From positions 1 to 64,000 of IMG/VR virus record IMGVR_UViG_3300019360_000147: a stretch of DNA of 64,000 nt. One strand, given 5' to 3'. Positions within the stretch are counted from its first letter, which is position 1. Each line of letters opens with the position of its first letter. Position numbers and translations under genes: made by a program. The notes beneath the pieces are model-generated. The model was not told the origin of the DNA, made no database searches, and was given only the letters and a program-made list of their open reading frames with translations. The stretch comes from a virus. Below, piece after piece: positions 37,042 to 47,521 of the stretch.

Positions 37042-39198
37042 ATGACCGCAGAGATCACCCCAGGCAAGCCGACGGTGCAAGACGAGGGGACGCCGCTCGG
37101 AGCCTTCGACAAGATCAATTTTGTCGGGGCGGGGGTCGCGGTCTCGGTGACGGGCGATCTGGCGACGGTCAGCGTCGGCGGGGGCGGTGGGGGCAGCGTC
37201 ACGAGTCAGCAGTTCTCTGCCTTGAGCCAGGCCGTGTCGGTCCTCTCGCAGCAGGTCTCGGTATTGTCGCAGGGCATTTCGGTCGTCTCCCAAGCGCTCT
37301 CAAACGAGATCAGCAACCGAGCATCCGCCGACAACGTTCTCAGCCAGGCCATCTCGGTCATTTCGCAGCAAGTCAGTGTGCTTTCCCAGGCCCACTCGGC
37401 CTTGTCCCAGGCCGTGTCGGTCCTCTCGCAGACGGTCTCAGTGCATTCTCAGCGGTTCAGTACCTTGGCCGGCGGGGGCGCTTCGACCTACCTCATGAAA
37501 TCGGGGGCGACCGACTTCGATTGGAAGTGGGTCTCGATTACGACCGGCGGGGCGGCTTCGGCGGATGTGACGTCCCAACACCTTTCCGTTTTCTCCCAAG
37601 CGATTTCGGTCCTCTCCCAGAGCCATTCGGCCTTGAGCCAGCAGGTGTCGGCACTCTCCTCGCAAGTCTCCGTCGTCTCCGTGGCGGTCACCTCGGTCGA
37701 TGCCCGCGTGGATGCGGTTTCGCAGCAGGTGTCCGTCCTTTCGCAAGCCCACTCCGTGCTGTCGCAGGCGGTGTCGGTGCTCTCCCAGGCACATTCAGTC
37801 CTCTCGCAACGCATGAGTACGCTCGCAGGCGGCGGGGCGTCGACCTATCTGATGAAGTCTGGGGCCACGGATTACGACTGGAAGTGGGTCTCGATCACCG
37901 CGGGAGGAGCCGCGTCTGCGGACGTGACCTCGCAGCATATCAGCGTCCTGAGCCAGGCGATTTCCGTGCTCTCGCAGGGGCTGTCCGTCGTCAGCACTGC
38001 GGCCAGTGCGGCGGATGCCCACGCCGCCGTGGCCTCGGCGGCCGCGACCAGTGCCGATGCGCACGCCGCTGCCGCTTCGGCAGCGGCTACCTCGGTGGAT
38101 GCCAGGCTCGACACCGTGTCTCAACAGGTGTCTGTCCTCAGTCAAGCGCACTCGGTCCTTTCCCAAGCGGTCTCGGTCCTGTCACAGGGCCACTCCGCCC
38201 TCAGCCAGCAAGTGTCAGCGCTTTCCACCCAGGTGTCGGTCGTGTCGGTCGCCGTCACGTCTGTGGACACCCGGGTCAATACCGTGTCGCAACAAGTCTC
38301 CGTGCTGAGTCAGGCACACTCGGTCCTCTCGCAGGCCGTCTCCGTCCTCAGTCAGGGGCATTCCGCACTCTCGCAGCAGGTCTCGGCGTTATCCACTCAG
38401 GTTTCAGTGGTCTCGGTGGCGGTGACGTCCGTCGATACCAGAGTCAACACCGTATCTCAGCAGGTGAGCGTGCTCTCGCAGGCCGTCTCCGTCCTCAGTC
38501 AGGCGCATTCGGTCCTCAGTCAGGCGCATTCAGCCCTTTCCCAGCAAGTCTCTGCCTTGTCGAGTCAGGTGTCGGTCGTGTCGGTGGCCGTGACCTCGGT
38601 CGACACGCGGGTGAATACGGTCTCGCAGGCCGCCTCAGTGCTGAGTCAAGCCGTTTCAGTGCTCTCCCAGGCCGTCAGCGTTCTCTCGCAGGCGGTGTCG
38701 GTGCTTTCCAACAAGGTTTCGACCCTCCAGGCACCCACGATCAACGTCGTGGGCGGGATCCAGACCATTTCGACGGCCACATTGACCACGGTCAGCGCCC
38801 TGAGTCTGTCCGTCAGTGCCGGCGGGACCTACGAAATGTACGCAACGCTCCTGTACACGCTATCGGCGAATGCCGCGCCCATCCGCCTGGGCCTGAACTT
38901 CCCCGCAATGACCCGGATCGCCGGGCAGATCAAAGGGTGGGTCTCCGCGAACGCCCAGGGGGGCGGATTCCTCTCGACACAGTCCGAGCAGGTGATGTTT
39001 ACGGGGGATTCCGCTTCGGGATCCACGCTGTACTCCGCCGCGGGCGGGAATTCGGCCGATGTAATGCTGGCGGGGTACTACGCGTTGATGAAAGCCAGTG
39101 CGGGCGGGACCATTCATATCCTGGCGGCTGGCAGCACGACCGTAGGGGCCATTCACATCCAGCCGAGCTCGTTTATCAAGCTGTTCCAAATCGCCTGA
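37042..39198 (+). CDS. Ser-rich heptad-repeat fibre protein
   Basis: Dozens of SVLSQAV/SALSQQV heptads, a duplicated STYLMKSGATD.DWKWV module and a C-terminal beta head. Confidence 0.85.
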   Translation: MTAEITPGKPTVQDEGTPLGAFDKINFVGAGVAVSVTGDLATVSVGGGGGGSVTSQQFSALSQAVSVLSQQVSVLSQGISVVSQALSNEISNRASADNVLSQAISVISQQVSVLSQAHSALSQAVSVLSQTVSVHSQRFSTLAGGGASTYLMKSGATDFDWKWVSITTGGAASADVTSQHLSVFSQAISVLSQSHSALSQQVSALSSQVSVVSVAVTSVDARVDAVSQQVSVLSQAHSVLSQAVSVLSQAHSVLSQRMSTLAGGGASTYLMKSGATDYDWKWVSITAGGAASADVTSQHISVLSQAISVLSQGLSVVSTAASAADAHAAVASAAATSADAHAAAASAAATSVDARLDTVSQQVSVLSQAHSVLSQAVSVLSQGHSALSQQVSALSTQVSVVSVAVTSVDTRVNTVSQQVSVLSQAHSVLSQAVSVLSQGHSALSQQVSALSTQVSVVSVAVTSVDTRVNTVSQQVSVLSQAVSVLSQAHSVLSQAHSALSQQVSALSSQVSVVSVAVTSVDTRVNTVSQAASVLSQAVSVLSQAVSVLSQAVSVLSNKVSTLQAPTINVVGGIQTISTATLTTVSALSLSVSAGGTYEMYATLLYTLSANAAPIRLGLNFPAMTRIAGQIKGWVSANAQGGGFLSTQSEQVMFTGDSASGSTLYSAAGGNSADVMLAGYYALMKASAGGTIHILAAGSTTVGAIHIQPSSFIKLFQIA

Positions 39199-39238
39199 GG
39201 CGCGGCGCACAGCGCGCATAGCGCAGCGCGGAAGAGCA

Positions 39239-40270
39239 ATGCCAGGAATCAGCCACCAATTCTCAATCGTGTCGGCGTGGGTCAAGGGACTCAGCCAGAC
39301 CGTGTCGGCGGTGAGTGCTGGCTACGTCAGCTCAGACGCTCGGGTGGATGCCCTCTCGGCGGCGATCTCCGTCCTCTCGCAGCAGATTTCGGTGCTCTCG
39401 CAGCAGGTGTCCGTCCTGTCCTCCCAGCCGCCGGGCAGCGGGAGCGTGACCAGTACGGAACTCTCGGCCGTGAGCGCCCAGGCGGCGTCGGCGATAAACG
39501 TCGTCAGCCAAGCCGTCTCCGTCCTGAGTCAGCAGGTTTCGACCCTGTCGCAAGCGGTGAGCGTGGTCAGCCAAGCGGTGTCGGTCCTCAGTCAAGCCGT
39601 CTCCGCCCTCTCTAGTCAAGTCAGTACGGTCTCGGGGAATGTCACCTCGGTGGAGGTCCATGCCTCGACGGCCTCGGCAGCCGCCACGTCGGCCGATGCC
39701 CATGCGGCCGCCGCGTCGGCGGCCGCGACCTCCGTGGACGCCCGGCTGAACTCCGTGGTCTCGACATTCCTCTCGGCCACGGGGCAGGTCGTTCCTCAGA
39801 TCCGGTCCCGCGGGAACGTGGTGTCGGTCATCTCGGCTGGGACCCTCGTGGATATCGCCAGTCTCAGTGTCTCGGTGGCCGGCGGCGATGCGATCTACAA
39901 GATCGACGGGGCCGTGGCCTTCGAGAAAGCGACCAGCGGCGGGTGTGCCTTCGGCATTTCCACGCCCGCGTTGGGGGCTGGCGGCAGTTACGTGGAAATG
40001 GCGGTGGCAGTGCTGGTTCAGCAGGCCGGGGCCATCGGCGCCGCAGCGACGTATGCCTGGGGTCGCGTCGCCCTCAGCGCGATCGCGGCCGCGAATACTG
40101 CGGTCGTCTCGGCGTCCGTCCTGAACATCAACGCCTTACGCTTCATGCACTTCGAGGGGATGCTGGCGGTCAGCACGGCGGGCACGGTGCAGATCATGGG
40201 GAAGGGCAGCGTCGCGGGGGATTCGCTGAGCGTCCGGGGCGGATACATCCGGGCGTACCGGATTGGGTAG
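39239..40270 (+). CDS. paralogous shorter Ser-rich fibre protein
   Basis: Same heptads and the ASAAATSADAHAAAASAAATSVDARL block; C-terminal head. Confidence 0.85.
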   Translation: MPGISHQFSIVSAWVKGLSQTVSAVSAGYVSSDARVDALSAAISVLSQQISVLSQQVSVLSSQPPGSGSVTSTELSAVSAQAASAINVVSQAVSVLSQQVSTLSQAVSVVSQAVSVLSQAVSALSSQVSTVSGNVTSVEVHASTASAAATSADAHAAAASAAATSVDARLNSVVSTFLSATGQVVPQIRSRGNVVSVISAGTLVDIASLSVSVAGGDAIYKIDGAVAFEKATSGGCAFGISTPALGAGGSYVEMAVAVLVQQAGAIGAAATYAWGRVALSAIAAANTAVVSASVLNINALRFMHFEGMLAVSTAGTVQIMGKGSVAGDSLSVRGGYIRAYRIG

Positions 40271-41713
40271 GTGGGCGAGATCAGGACACTCGATCCGAAC
40301 GCGAAGCAGGAGGTCCAGTATTGTATCAGTTTATGGATTCGCGACCTCCAGATAAAAGCCAACACCGCCAGGATCAAGGGCCGGATCGAAGCGCACCAAG
40401 AGAAGCGTCCTGACCCCATTGCGGTGGTGTGTTTCGGTCCCTCGCTGAACGACACGTGGGAGCAGATTCGAGGCTTCAAGTACATCATCACCTGCTCGGG
40501 TGCCCACAAGTTTCTCATTGAGAGGGGCGTGATACCGACGATGCACTCGGATGTCGATCCCCGGGCACACAAAGTGCTGCTCATGGGGCCGCCGCATCCG
40601 GAGGTGGAGTATTTGATCGCCAGCACGTGTCACCCAAAATTGCTCGATCATCTGGAGGCGGGACTGCCGCCGGAGGTGTTCCGAAAGCACGTGAAGCTGT
40701 GGCATGTGTTCGATAGCAAGGGGGATGCGATACGGACGCTCCCGCATGGGGAATGGGCGTTAACCGGCGGGTGCTCGGCCGGGCTGCGGGCTATGACGAT
40801 CGCTCGGTTCCTCGGCTTCACGCAGCAGCACATTTTTGGTATGGACGGCGGGGCGGGGGCCTCTGGACTGCATGCGGCGGAGCATCCCAATCAGGCGAAG
40901 GAGCAGTTCACCTGCGAGTACGAGGGCAAGACCTACTACACGAACCCGGCGTTTCTCGAGGCGGCCCGGCAGACGTTCCATGAGTTGGATCAGATGCCGG
41001 ATGTCGTTGCCCGGTTCTACGGCGAAGGTCTCGTGCAGGAGATGGCCAAGCGGTACGTGCCGAAGCCCGTCGGCAAGGGGAAGCCGGTCATCGGGTTTAG
41101 CAAGCCGGAACTTATCAGCGAGGAGTACCGGAAGCTGAATGCCCAACTGCACCAGGAGAATCTGGCCTACGGCGTCGGGGCGCAGCGGCATGTGCAGACG
41201 GTGTTGAAATTGGCGGAGGCACTGAAGACGAAAAGTATCTTGGATTACGGAGCGGGCAAGTGCCTTCTTGGCAAGGGGATTCCTTGGCAGATCGCGGAGT
41301 ATGATCCCGCGATCCCCGGCAAGGAAGAGTCCCCGAAGCCGGCGGACATCGTGGCTTGTCTGCAAGTTCTTGAGCATGTTGAACCCGACAAGCTCCTGTA
41401 CGTGTTAGACGATCTCAAGCGGTGCGTCTTGCAGGTCGGGTACTTCATCATCGATACGGGACCGGCGCAGAAAAAGTACGCCAACGGCCAAAACACGCAT
41501 CTGATCCAGAAGGACAAGGCCTGGTGGACGAAGCGGCTGAAGAAGTTCTTCACGGTCGGGAGCGTGATGGAGCTCCCGATCGGTCCCGCTCCCCCCAATG
41601 GAGGACCGGACAAGCGGTTCACGGAACTGCACGTCGTCGTCGGGCCGAAGCAGGGGCAGGCCGTGTCGAAGCGGGCGCTCCGAACAAGCGTTGCGACGGT
41701 GCAGGTGGCGTGA
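40271..41713 (+). CDS. DUF115/Maf-like domain fused to a methyltransferase domain
   Basis: VVCFGPSL, GGCSAGLRA..LGF...HIFGMD; C-terminal ILDYGAGK, QVLEHVEP. Confidence 0.75.
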   Translation: MGEIRTLDPNAKQEVQYCISLWIRDLQIKANTARIKGRIEAHQEKRPDPIAVVCFGPSLNDTWEQIRGFKYIITCSGAHKFLIERGVIPTMHSDVDPRAHKVLLMGPPHPEVEYLIASTCHPKLLDHLEAGLPPEVFRKHVKLWHVFDSKGDAIRTLPHGEWALTGGCSAGLRAMTIARFLGFTQQHIFGMDGGAGASGLHAAEHPNQAKEQFTCEYEGKTYYTNPAFLEAARQTFHELDQMPDVVARFYGEGLVQEMAKRYVPKPVGKGKPVIGFSKPELISEEYRKLNAQLHQENLAYGVGAQRHVQTVLKLAEALKTKSILDYGAGKCLLGKGIPWQIAEYDPAIPGKEESPKPADIVACLQVLEHVEPDKLLYVLDDLKRCVLQVGYFIIDTGPAQKKYANGQNTHLIQKDKAWWTKRLKKFFTVGSVMELPIGPAPPNGGPDKRFTELHVVVGPKQGQAVSKRALRTSVATVQVA

Positions 41714-42483
41714 TGAATTCCCCACGCCCCATCGGCCGGAGCACGAACGGAGCGGGAGGCGACTACCTCGAACTGTTGAAGCACGTTCTCATGGGGACGT
41801 TGTTCGCCGAGGATGAGGCCACGCGATCTCTTCTGCTGGATGGATGGCCACTCGCGCCGCGCAAACTGCCCTATGCCTTCACCCTTGTTGGGCAGCGACG
41901 GCTGGACAGTTTGCAGGAGCAAATCGAGTCCATCATCCAGGAAGCGATTCCTGGGGATCTGATCGAGGCGGGCGTGTGGAGGGGGGGCGCCTGTATCTTC
42001 ATGCGCGGAGTCCTGAGAGTCCTTGGGGATGACACGCGACGTGTCATCGTCGCCGATTCATTCCAGGGATTGCCACGCCCGGACGTTGCCACCTACCCCA
42101 CGGATGCAGGCGACGCCCATTACCTGCGGTCGGAACTCTGCGTCGATCAGCAGGCCGTCACCACGAACTTCAGCCGGTTCGGGCTCCTGGATGACCGGGT
42201 GGAATTTGTGCCGGGGTGGTTTCGGGACACGCTGCCAGGTCTGCGGGGGCGCCAATGGAGTCTGGTGCGGCTGGACGGGGACATGTACGAGTCCACGATC
42301 TTGGGCCTTCGGCATCTGTATCCTCACCTCTCGCCGGGCGGCTATCTGATTTCCGATGACTACGGGGATCCGGGAAAGGTTCTCCAGGCCAAGAAGGCGG
42401 TGGACGATTACCGAGCGGAGCAGGGAATCACTGAAAAAATGAACTGGATCGACGGGCGGGCAATTTACTGGAGAAAGGCTTGA
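41713..42483 (+). CDS. TylF/MycF/NovP-family O-methyltransferase
   Basis: IPGDLIEAGVWRGG; ADSFQGLP; LVRLDGDMYEST; GGYLISDDY. Confidence 0.93.
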   Translation: MNSPRPIGRSTNGAGGDYLELLKHVLMGTLFAEDEATRSLLLDGWPLAPRKLPYAFTLVGQRRLDSLQEQIESIIQEAIPGDLIEAGVWRGGACIFMRGVLRVLGDDTRRVIVADSFQGLPRPDVATYPTDAGDAHYLRSELCVDQQAVTTNFSRFGLLDDRVEFVPGWFRDTLPGLRGRQWSLVRLDGDMYESTILGLRHLYPHLSPGGYLISDDYGDPGKVLQAKKAVDDYRAEQGITEKMNWIDGRAIYWRKA

Positions 42484-43385
42484 TGACGGTCCAGTTTCTC
42501 GCCCGATGGACGCGGGATATCGCCAGCAGCCGCATTCGGGCCTGGCATGTCGTGGAGGCCTGGAACCATCCCGACGTGGCCTGCGCGAAACTGTGGGAGT
42601 CGCTGCGGTACCAGTCAGGCATCCGGCCGGATGTGCTGGTGCTGCAGAAGCCGAAGATGAAAATTCTCCACCCGGAGACCCTGGGGGTCCTGAAGTCTCA
42701 GGTGGGACGCTTGATCTGCGACTTCTGCGATCCAGACTGGTGCCTGGCCAGCGATGAGTACTTTCGAGGATTTGCCAGCCACATGAATGCCTTCGTGGTC
42801 AGCAACCGGGGTCTCCAGGCGGGGCTTGAGGAGGACTGGGGCATCAAATCTACGGTGATTGAAGACCGAATGCCTCCGCCGATGACCGTCAAGGCGCATG
42901 GGCCAGTTGCTCTCCCTACGTTGGTCTGGTACGGGCAGAACGCGAACCGGGAGATTTGTTTGGCTTCCGGTGCTCTGTCTGTGACGAGGCTCCGTGCGAA
43001 CCGAGTGCCATTCCGACTCCGCGTCATCGACAACGGCGACGGCCCGCAGTCCGAAAGCCGCGATCTCGGATTGGGAGATCTGATCGAGTACCGGGCGTGG
43101 TCGCTCCCCACATTCGAGAGGGATGTCCTAGAGTGCGATATCGCCCTGCTTCCCCCCCATCCTGGTCGCTGGGGGACGATGAAGAGCAACAACAAACGCC
43201 TCACGGCCTCATGGCTTGGGCTTCCGACTGCGGACGGGCAGGACTACGACGAGTTGAAGCGGCTCCTGACCGATGTCGAGTATCGGGCGACCCGTGGTCA
43301 CGAGGCCCGGGAGTGGGCTGAGCGGGAAGGGCATATCGACCAGTCCGTCCAGCAGTGGAAGAACCTCCTCGGGTGGACACCGTGA
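42480..43385 (+). CDS. GT-B glycosyltransferase-like protein
   Basis: ASSRIR; LVWYG; DIALLP; KSNNK. Confidence 0.7.
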   Translation: MMTVQFLARWTRDIASSRIRAWHVVEAWNHPDVACAKLWESLRYQSGIRPDVLVLQKPKMKILHPETLGVLKSQVGRLICDFCDPDWCLASDEYFRGFASHMNAFVVSNRGLQAGLEEDWGIKSTVIEDRMPPPMTVKAHGPVALPTLVWYGQNANREICLASGALSVTRLRANRVPFRLRVIDNGDGPQSESRDLGLGDLIEYRAWSLPTFERDVLECDIALLPPHPGRWGTMKSNNKRLTASWLGLPTADGQDYDELKRLLTDVEYRATRGHEAREWAEREGHIDQSVQQWKNLLGWTP

Positions 43386-43399
43386 AGGGTGCGTGGCCT

Positions 43400-44104
43400 A
43401 TGTCTGAGATGTTTCGGGTCTTCGTAGGGTTCGATAGCCGAGAGCCGATCGCGTATCACGTCCTCAGCCACTCCATTCTTCGCCGGGCCTCGATTCCGAT
43501 CGCCATCACGCCCCTGGTCCAGCCCGCACTCCGAGCGGCCGGGATCTACACGCGCGAGCGGGGCCCGACGGAATCCACGGAGTTCTCGATGACGCGGTTC
43601 CTGGTCCCGTATCTCTGCGGCTATCAGGGGATCGCGCTCTTTCTGGATTGCGACATGCTCTGTCGGGTAGACCTCGCCGAGCTGCAAGCCGTCTACGGCG
43701 GGCATTCCCGCGTTTGCCCCCCGGAGGCCGTCTGGGTCTGCCAGCACGACTACGTCCCGAGGGGCGACACGAAGTTTCTGGGCCAGGTCCAGACGCGCTA
43801 CCCGCGCAAAAACTGGTCCTCGGTCATCGTCTTCAACACCGAGCGCTGCCGGGCACTCTCGCCGGGCTACGTGCACAGCGCCTCGGGCCTGGAACTGCAC
43901 CGCTTCCTCTGGCTGAAGGACGAGGACATCGGGTCCCTGCCGCTGGCGTGGAATAATCTTGTTGACGAAAACGGACAAGATTCTACCATAAGTCCGAAGA
44001 TGCTCCATTGGACCAACGGAGGCCCCTGGTTCAAGGAAACCGCGAATTGCAGTTACGCCGACGAGTGGCGGGAAGAGTATCGCGCCATGAGGGGAGGCAC
44101 CTAA
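43400..44104 (+). CDS. GT8-like glycosyltransferase
   Basis: VFVGFDSRE; STEFSMTRFLVP; FLDCDML; YPRKNWSS; LHWTNGGPW. Confidence 0.88.
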   Translation: MSEMFRVFVGFDSREPIAYHVLSHSILRRASIPIAITPLVQPALRAAGIYTRERGPTESTEFSMTRFLVPYLCGYQGIALFLDCDMLCRVDLAELQAVYGGHSRVCPPEAVWVCQHDYVPRGDTKFLGQVQTRYPRKNWSSVIVFNTERCRALSPGYVHSASGLELHRFLWLKDEDIGSLPLAWNNLVDENGQDSTISPKMLHWTNGGPWFKETANCSYADEWREEYRAMRGGT

Positions 44105-44691
44105 TGGGACCGACGGTGCGGAAGTTCTACGACGAGATGCAGCGGCAGATGGACGGCCACGCCGCCCTAGAGGCCGAAGTCGCGGATCTGGTACAGCAGC
44201 GGGCGAACCTCCGAAGGTTCATGGACATCGATGCCGAGAAGGCGGAACTGGCCAGGCTCCAGCAGGAGAAGGCGGGGATTCTGGCTGAGGCGGAGGCCGA
44301 GCGGGAGCGGATGCTCGGGCAAGCCCGGTCCGATGCCGACAGCATCCGTCTCAAGGCGACGGAGATCGCCGAGCAGGTCGCTGGAGGCATTCTGGGACGG
44401 GCCAATGCAGAGGCCGAGACCGTCCGGGCGGAGTCCCGGGCTCTCGTGGTCGCCGCGCAAGGGGATGCCAGCCGGCTCGTGGCAGCCGCACAGGGACAGG
44501 CGCGGCAACTGATGCGCGATGCGGAAGTGGCCACTGCCACTGTGGCCAAGGCTCTCGAGGATGCCGGGAGTACCACGCTCTCGCTCGCCGAACGGGAGAA
44601 AGCGGTGGCGATCCGAGAGAAGGCGTTGGCTGAGGCCGAGCGGACCTTCCAGCAGCGCAAGGATGCCCTGGCGGCGTCCCTGGCACGGTAA
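44104..44691 (+). CDS. coiled-coil hypothetical protein
   Basis: Ala/Glu/Arg heptads; coupled start. Confidence 0.7.
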   Translation: MGPTVRKFYDEMQRQMDGHAALEAEVADLVQQRANLRRFMDIDAEKAELARLQQEKAGILAEAEAERERMLGQARSDADSIRLKATEIAEQVAGGILGRANAEAETVRAESRALVVAAQGDASRLVAAAQGQARQLMRDAEVATATVAKALEDAGSTTLSLAEREKAVAIREKALAEAERTFQQRKDALAASLAR

Positions 44692-44694
44692 CCG

Positions 44695-45018
44695 ATGGCC
44701 AAGAGGGGACTCCAGGAGGCTCTCCGGCTGGCGACACCGGAGGCCAGGGTGGTCGGGGCGGATGTCGCGGTCATCGACCTCCATCTCAGCTTGCAGCCGA
44801 AACCGGTTCTGCACATCGGGTACGCCGTGGGAACGGTGGATGCGGACGGGGCGGTGACGGCGGCCGTGGTTCGGATGCTCGCCCTGCCGCTGGAGGATGT
44901 CGCGGTCAGGCACGCGGGCATTGACGCGAAACTGTCTGCGGCGGTGGCCGATCTGGTCCAGGCCGCCTACGATCTGTTGGTCGCCGAGGGGGCCGTTGGG
45001 ACGGGGATACGAAACTAG
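44695..45018 (+). CDS. hypothetical protein
   Basis: ORF in operon. Confidence 0.6.
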   Translation: MAKRGLQEALRLATPEARVVGADVAVIDLHLSLQPKPVLHIGYAVGTVDADGAVTAAVVRMLALPLEDVAVRHAGIDAKLSAAVADLVQAAYDLLVAEGAVGTGIRN

Positions 45019-45028
45019 GGGAGACACC

Positions 45029-45163
45029 ATGGCGCACAAGGGCATGAAGGGGAGCAAAAAGTCGGCATACGCCAAGGGGGAGAAGATGCCGATGGAGTAT
45101 GGAAAGGGCATGGCCTCCGGGATGAAGCCGATGCCCATGATGAAGGGCGGGAAGGGGAAGTAG
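45029..45163 (+). CDS. small Met/Lys/Gly-rich protein
   Basis: SD GGGGAG; MAHKGMKGSKK...MPMMKGGKGK. Confidence 0.55.
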   Translation: MAHKGMKGSKKSAYAKGEKMPMEYGKGMASGMKPMPMMKGGKGK

Positions 45164-45298
45164 GCAGTCGGCGATTCGACAACTGAACGACCCAACCGTT
45201 CGGCTGATCACCGGACGGTCCGCAAGGAAACAGAGGCCCAGGAACCGTAGCTACGGGCGGTTGCTGGGCTTTCTGTTTTGGGCTCCTGGAGCAACGCA

Positions 45299-47521
45299 GT
45301 GGCCGACACGCAGGTTCTCGAGCAGGACGTTTCCTACGAATCCAGGCAGCCGGCTGGTGCCGTGGAGGAGCAGCAGGACCTTCGCGTGCCGGATGATCGT
45401 GCTTCGTGGGCGATCGGACTCATCTACGAGTGGGAGAACGGGAAGGGCAAGGAGCTGCGGGAACGCGCCAAGAAGATGTTCAAGTATTACAACGGGGACC
45501 AGTGGGATCCGACGGTGCGGTCCAAGATGGAGTCCTCGGACGATCCCCGGCCCGTGATGACGTTCAACGAGATCCGGCCAAAGATCGACATCCTGTCGGG
45601 CGAGGAGCGACGGAATCGCGAGGACTGGGTCGCCAAGCCGCGGGAGGGGTCCGATGAGGAGGAGGCCCAGATCCGCACGGCCCTGCTCAAGTACAAGCGG
45701 GACCAGAACACGCTGGCGGTGGAGGAAAGCCGGGCGTTCGAGGAGGGCATTATCGGGGGGTATGCCGGCGTGGCCTGTGACCTCGTGGCCGATCCCGAGG
45801 GCGGGGCGCCGTTGATCCATGTCGAGGCGCGGGACTGGTCCGAGTTCCGGTGGGATCTGACCAGCCGCAAGCCCGATATGACGGACGCACACTGGATGGC
45901 CTTGTCCGTCATGGCCAGTCCCGACCGGCTGTCCGAACTCTTTCCAAACTGGTCGGTCGAGATCAACGGCGAGTATGCGAGCCTTTGTCACGACCCCCTG
46001 ATCGAGGAAGCGGATATCGGCGAGCGCATCGGCGTGACCCGCTATCTCGATGGCCGGATGCGGAAGACCCTCTTCGATACGAAGGAGAAGAAGATCCGCA
46101 CGATCCAGTTCTACTACCGGACGATGCGGAAGCGGGAGTACCTGACGATCCAGGGTCCGCAGGGCCTCGTGGAGCGGGAGGTTCCGGAGGGCGACAACAA
46201 AGAGTTGCGGGCACTGGCCGATCAACTTCTCCTGACGGGACGCGCCCAGCGGAAGATTGTGGCCGAGAAGGCGATCCGGGGCCTTTTGATCGTCGGGCGG
46301 CGGACGCTGGCGCAATGGTGGTCGCCGTTCGACGGGCAGGATGCCTTCGGGACACCCTACTTTCCCCTGCATCTCTGGAAGGCCTCGGACACCGATGGCT
46401 ACATCATGGGCCTGGTCGAGTCCTTGGTAAGTCCGCAGGATGAGGTGAACAAGCGCTGGACGATGATGGTCGAAAACTACCTCAAGACGGCGCGCTCCGG
46501 CGGGTTGTACGAGGAGAACGCGTTCGAGAACGAGGCGGAGGCGAAGCGGAAGTGGGGATCTCCCGGCTACTGGGCGAAAGTCCGTCAAAACGCCATCAGT
46601 CAGCAACGGATCAAGGAGCACACGGCGAAGCCCCCAGACACGGCCCTGATGATGCTGTTCCAGGCCGCCGAGGCCAGCGTGGACCGGATCAGCAACATGG
46701 ACAAGGGCCGAATGGGGATGCTGAGCCGGGAGGAGAGCGGGGTCGCGATCCGGACGCGAGCGGTCCAGTCTGCGCTGGTCCAGGTCAAGGCGTTCGACAA
46801 CTTCCGGAACTTCCAACTCCGACTGGGGCGATTCCTGAATGCCAATCTGCATCTGGAGTTCCCGGTGCGACGCACGATACGCCTCGTGATGCCGACCGGG
46901 GACACGAAGTCGGTCGTGCTGAACGAAGTCGTCCGGACGCAGACGGGGGCGACCCGGATCGCGAACAACACGCGGTCGGCTGGCCTCTACGACATCATCA
47001 TGGATCTGACGCCTGGCAACGCGACCTTCCGGGAAATGCAGGCGCAGAACCTGGGGAATCTGATCGGGCAGATCGGGCCGCCCATGAAGGAGTTGCCGTG
47101 GTTCCTGCCGGCCTACGCGGCCCTGTTGAAGGGACAGATTAAGATGATCGACGGGCTGCCGAATCGGGACGAGATCATCAAGGCCCTGGACGCGGCCACG
47201 CAGGCCGTCGCCCAGGGCGGTCCTGGGGCCCCCGGCCAGCCCCCGCCCCCGCCCGAGCCGAAGGTTTCCATTGCCCTCAAGGGCGACCTCTCGCCCGAGA
47301 CGGCCGCAGACCTTGCGGATGGTCGGTTAGACAGCCAGCCGATCCCCGCACAGCCTGAGCCGCCCACTGGAGCATCCACCACGGTCCGCCCAAGTGTTCC
47401 GCGGGCCGTGCCCAGGCCTGCGCCTCCGGGACCCCCGGGGGGGCTACCCTTCACCCCGGCCGCACTGACGGTGCCGCGCGCCGGGCCAGTCGGGACACCG
47501 AACATCATGGGAGGTCCCTGA
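45299..47521 (+). CDS. portal protein (P22-like)
   Basis: YYNGDQWD, P.MTFNEIRP..GEE, SPQDEVNKR, ESGVAI, YDIIMD; about 740 aa. Confidence 0.9.
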   Translation: MADTQVLEQDVSYESRQPAGAVEEQQDLRVPDDRASWAIGLIYEWENGKGKELRERAKKMFKYYNGDQWDPTVRSKMESSDDPRPVMTFNEIRPKIDILSGEERRNREDWVAKPREGSDEEEAQIRTALLKYKRDQNTLAVEESRAFEEGIIGGYAGVACDLVADPEGGAPLIHVEARDWSEFRWDLTSRKPDMTDAHWMALSVMASPDRLSELFPNWSVEINGEYASLCHDPLIEEADIGERIGVTRYLDGRMRKTLFDTKEKKIRTIQFYYRTMRKREYLTIQGPQGLVEREVPEGDNKELRALADQLLLTGRAQRKIVAEKAIRGLLIVGRRTLAQWWSPFDGQDAFGTPYFPLHLWKASDTDGYIMGLVESLVSPQDEVNKRWTMMVENYLKTARSGGLYEENAFENEAEAKRKWGSPGYWAKVRQNAISQQRIKEHTAKPPDTALMMLFQAAEASVDRISNMDKGRMGMLSREESGVAIRTRAVQSALVQVKAFDNFRNFQLRLGRFLNANLHLEFPVRRTIRLVMPTGDTKSVVLNEVVRTQTGATRIANNTRSAGLYDIIMDLTPGNATFREMQAQNLGNLIGQIGPPMKELPWFLPAYAALLKGQIKMIDGLPNRDEIIKALDAATQAVAQGGPGAPGQPPPPPEPKVSIALKGDLSPETAADLADGRLDSQPIPAQPEPPTGASTTVRPSVPRAVPRPAPPGPPGGLPFTPAALTVPRAGPVGTPNIMGGP

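Noticed and set aside
37038-39221. 727-aa alternative-frame ORF over the Ser-rich fibre gene
   Set aside because: Stop-free by virtue of repetitive codon usage; the 37042 frame has the coherent repeat and a paralogue.
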